Assembly: GCA_964545475.1 (NCBI GenBank)
Contig: CAZJGG010000008.1
Location: 666-64,665 of the forward strand
DNA length: 64,000 bases
Direction of reading: 5' to 3'
Source: an uncultured Eubacteriales bacterium
Lineage (GTDB): Bacteria > Bacillota > Clostridia > Lachnospirales > JAISER01
The translations under genes and the position numbers were made by a program. Shown here piece by piece: positions 63,350 to 64,000 of the stretch; the stretch's first letter is position 1; each line of letters starts with the position of its first letter. The notes under the pieces are model-generated. The model was not told where the DNA came from and did not search any database. It worked only from the letters and a program-made list of their open reading frames with translations.

Positions 63350-64000
63350 ATGAAAAAATCAACACCTGGCCCTGATTTAAGCAAAGACTTTAAGTTGTTT
63401 GCTGATGAATGGTTAAAAGAAATACTTAATTCTGAAAGTTTTCAGGAATACGCAATAAAACAACTCAAAAAGCATTATGAAGGAGATATGGTTTTTAAGG
63501 GCGCACAGTGGCTTGCCAAAGCCGAAGGTAATATACCTTACATATACAGTACAAAAGATCCCGAGCACAAAAAGTGGAATGGTGGTTTTGACAAAAGTCA
63601 AGACTTAACATTTGGAATGGGGCACAGTATCAAGACTGAAGAAGAATTTAACGATATAAAGAATTTTGTCGAAACACATAGTGATTCAGAAATATCTGCA
63701 AAAATACAGCAGTACATACAGGAAGAAATAGCCAATGCTGTCGAACATGTAAATAATTTTCTTAAAAGAAATAATGTTTTTATAAATCAAAATGAATTTG
63801 ATGCTGTGGTTTGTCTCGTTTTTAACTATCCGAAAGCGTTAACAGATAGCTCTGACCTTGGAAGGGCACTAAAATCAAGTACTTACAGTACAGAAGATAT
63901 AATAATTGGCTTTACGTATACTTTACAATACAATGATAAAAAGAAAATAAAAGAGCGAGTACCCGGCTTAGTAACAAGGCGCAACAACGAACTAAACTTG
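63350..64000 (+). CDS. Phage-type lysozyme (GH24-like), 3' end outside the window
   Basis: The frame is open for 217 codons to the window edge. AEGNIPYIY...TFGMGH resembles the T4-lysozyme catalytic region (E..x..D..T.G.GH). QNEFDAVVCLVFNYP and PGLVTRRNNE match the conserved GH24 C-terminal motifs. Confidence 0.7.
   Translation, partial: MKKSTPGPDLSKDFKLFADEWLKEILNSESFQEYAIKQLKKHYEGDMVFKGAQWLAKAEGNIPYIYSTKDPEHKKWNGGFDKSQDLTFGMGHSIKTEEEFNDIKNFVETHSDSEISAKIQQYIQEEIANAVEHVNNFLKRNNVFINQNEFDAVVCLVFNYPKALTDSSDLGRALKSSTYSTEDIIIGFTYTLQYNDKKKIKERVPGLVTRRNNELNL

Noticed and set aside
1-64000. I looked for tRNA, rRNA, tmRNA or other classical RNA genes in intergenic regions longer than 100 bp.
   Set aside because: I recognised no cloverleaf-compatible sequence (conserved GTTC-type T-loop with a matching acceptor stem) or rRNA-like stretch by eye. 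This is a weak negative, since no tRNAscan or Infernal search could be run.

Overview
This is a 64-kb chromosomal segment from a low-GC, endospore-forming Firmicute. The evidence for a Clostridia-like host is AGGAGG-type RBSs, lipoprotein boxes, rny, a spoIVA fragment and AbfD/Bcd-Etf. It holds about 50 genes, mostly for carbohydrate uptake and catabolism. Layout: (1) 1-6.4 kb: fucI (3' part)-fucO-fucU plus an RbsABC-type importer. (2) 6.4-8.6 kb: a repeat-rich spacer and two tandem paralogous small membrane-anchored proteins, the first inactivated. (3) 8.7-14.1 kb, minus strand: SDR-bcd-etfB-etfA(ferredoxin fusion)-abfD operon. (4) A LacI regulator, then at 15.4-21.7 kb a six-gene operon with no kinase or transporter (HpcH aldolase, 2-hydroxyacid dehydrogenase, IolB-like cupin, UlaG-like MBL hydrolase, Zn-ADH, tandem SnoaL/NTF2 protein) plus a Crp/Fnr regulator. 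(5) A MalT/LuxR STAND regulator and RNase Y. (6) 26.6-35.2 kb: a translationally coupled MacB-type ABC system whose middle gene is a five-CARDB-repeat surface protein, then a small secreted protein, a phosphodiester glycosidase and an SDR. (7) 35.2-51 kb: a 13-kb minus-strand polysaccharide-utilisation operon (LplABC-like importer, GH3, HAD, SurA-N-like anchor protein, ~2,080-aa beta-helix/esterase exoenzyme) with a membrane AraC regulator. (8) 51-56.9 kb: AraC plus the uxuA-uxuB-uxaC-eda-kdgK hexuronate operon. (9) An MCP plus a C_GCAxxG_C_C protein. (10) 60.2-64 kb: a decayed variable region with DUF2156, GNAT and gene remnants. I recognised no rRNA, tRNA or CRISPR array by eye. Most noteworthy: (a) A 103-bp hairpin MITE-like element is present four times, all in the same orientation. 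One copy sits at a TA inside a gene, and removing it in silico restores the reading frame. Its apical stem shows compensatory substitutions, and there are mini and chimeric derivatives. (b) The spoIVA gene keeps its RBS and first 21 codons, then breaks inside the Walker A region and is followed by foreign DNA that starts with a phage-type GH24 lysozyme. This suggests a prophage-like or skin-like intervening element running off the right edge of the window. (c) Two gene clusters have unusual composition: AbfD with Bcd/Etf-ferredoxin, and the sugar-acid-like operon with no kinase. (d) The ABC/CARDB/FtsX system carries matching Met/Gly-rich segments in two of its proteins. All functional calls rest on my reading of the translated ORFs and motifs. 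No database search was run.
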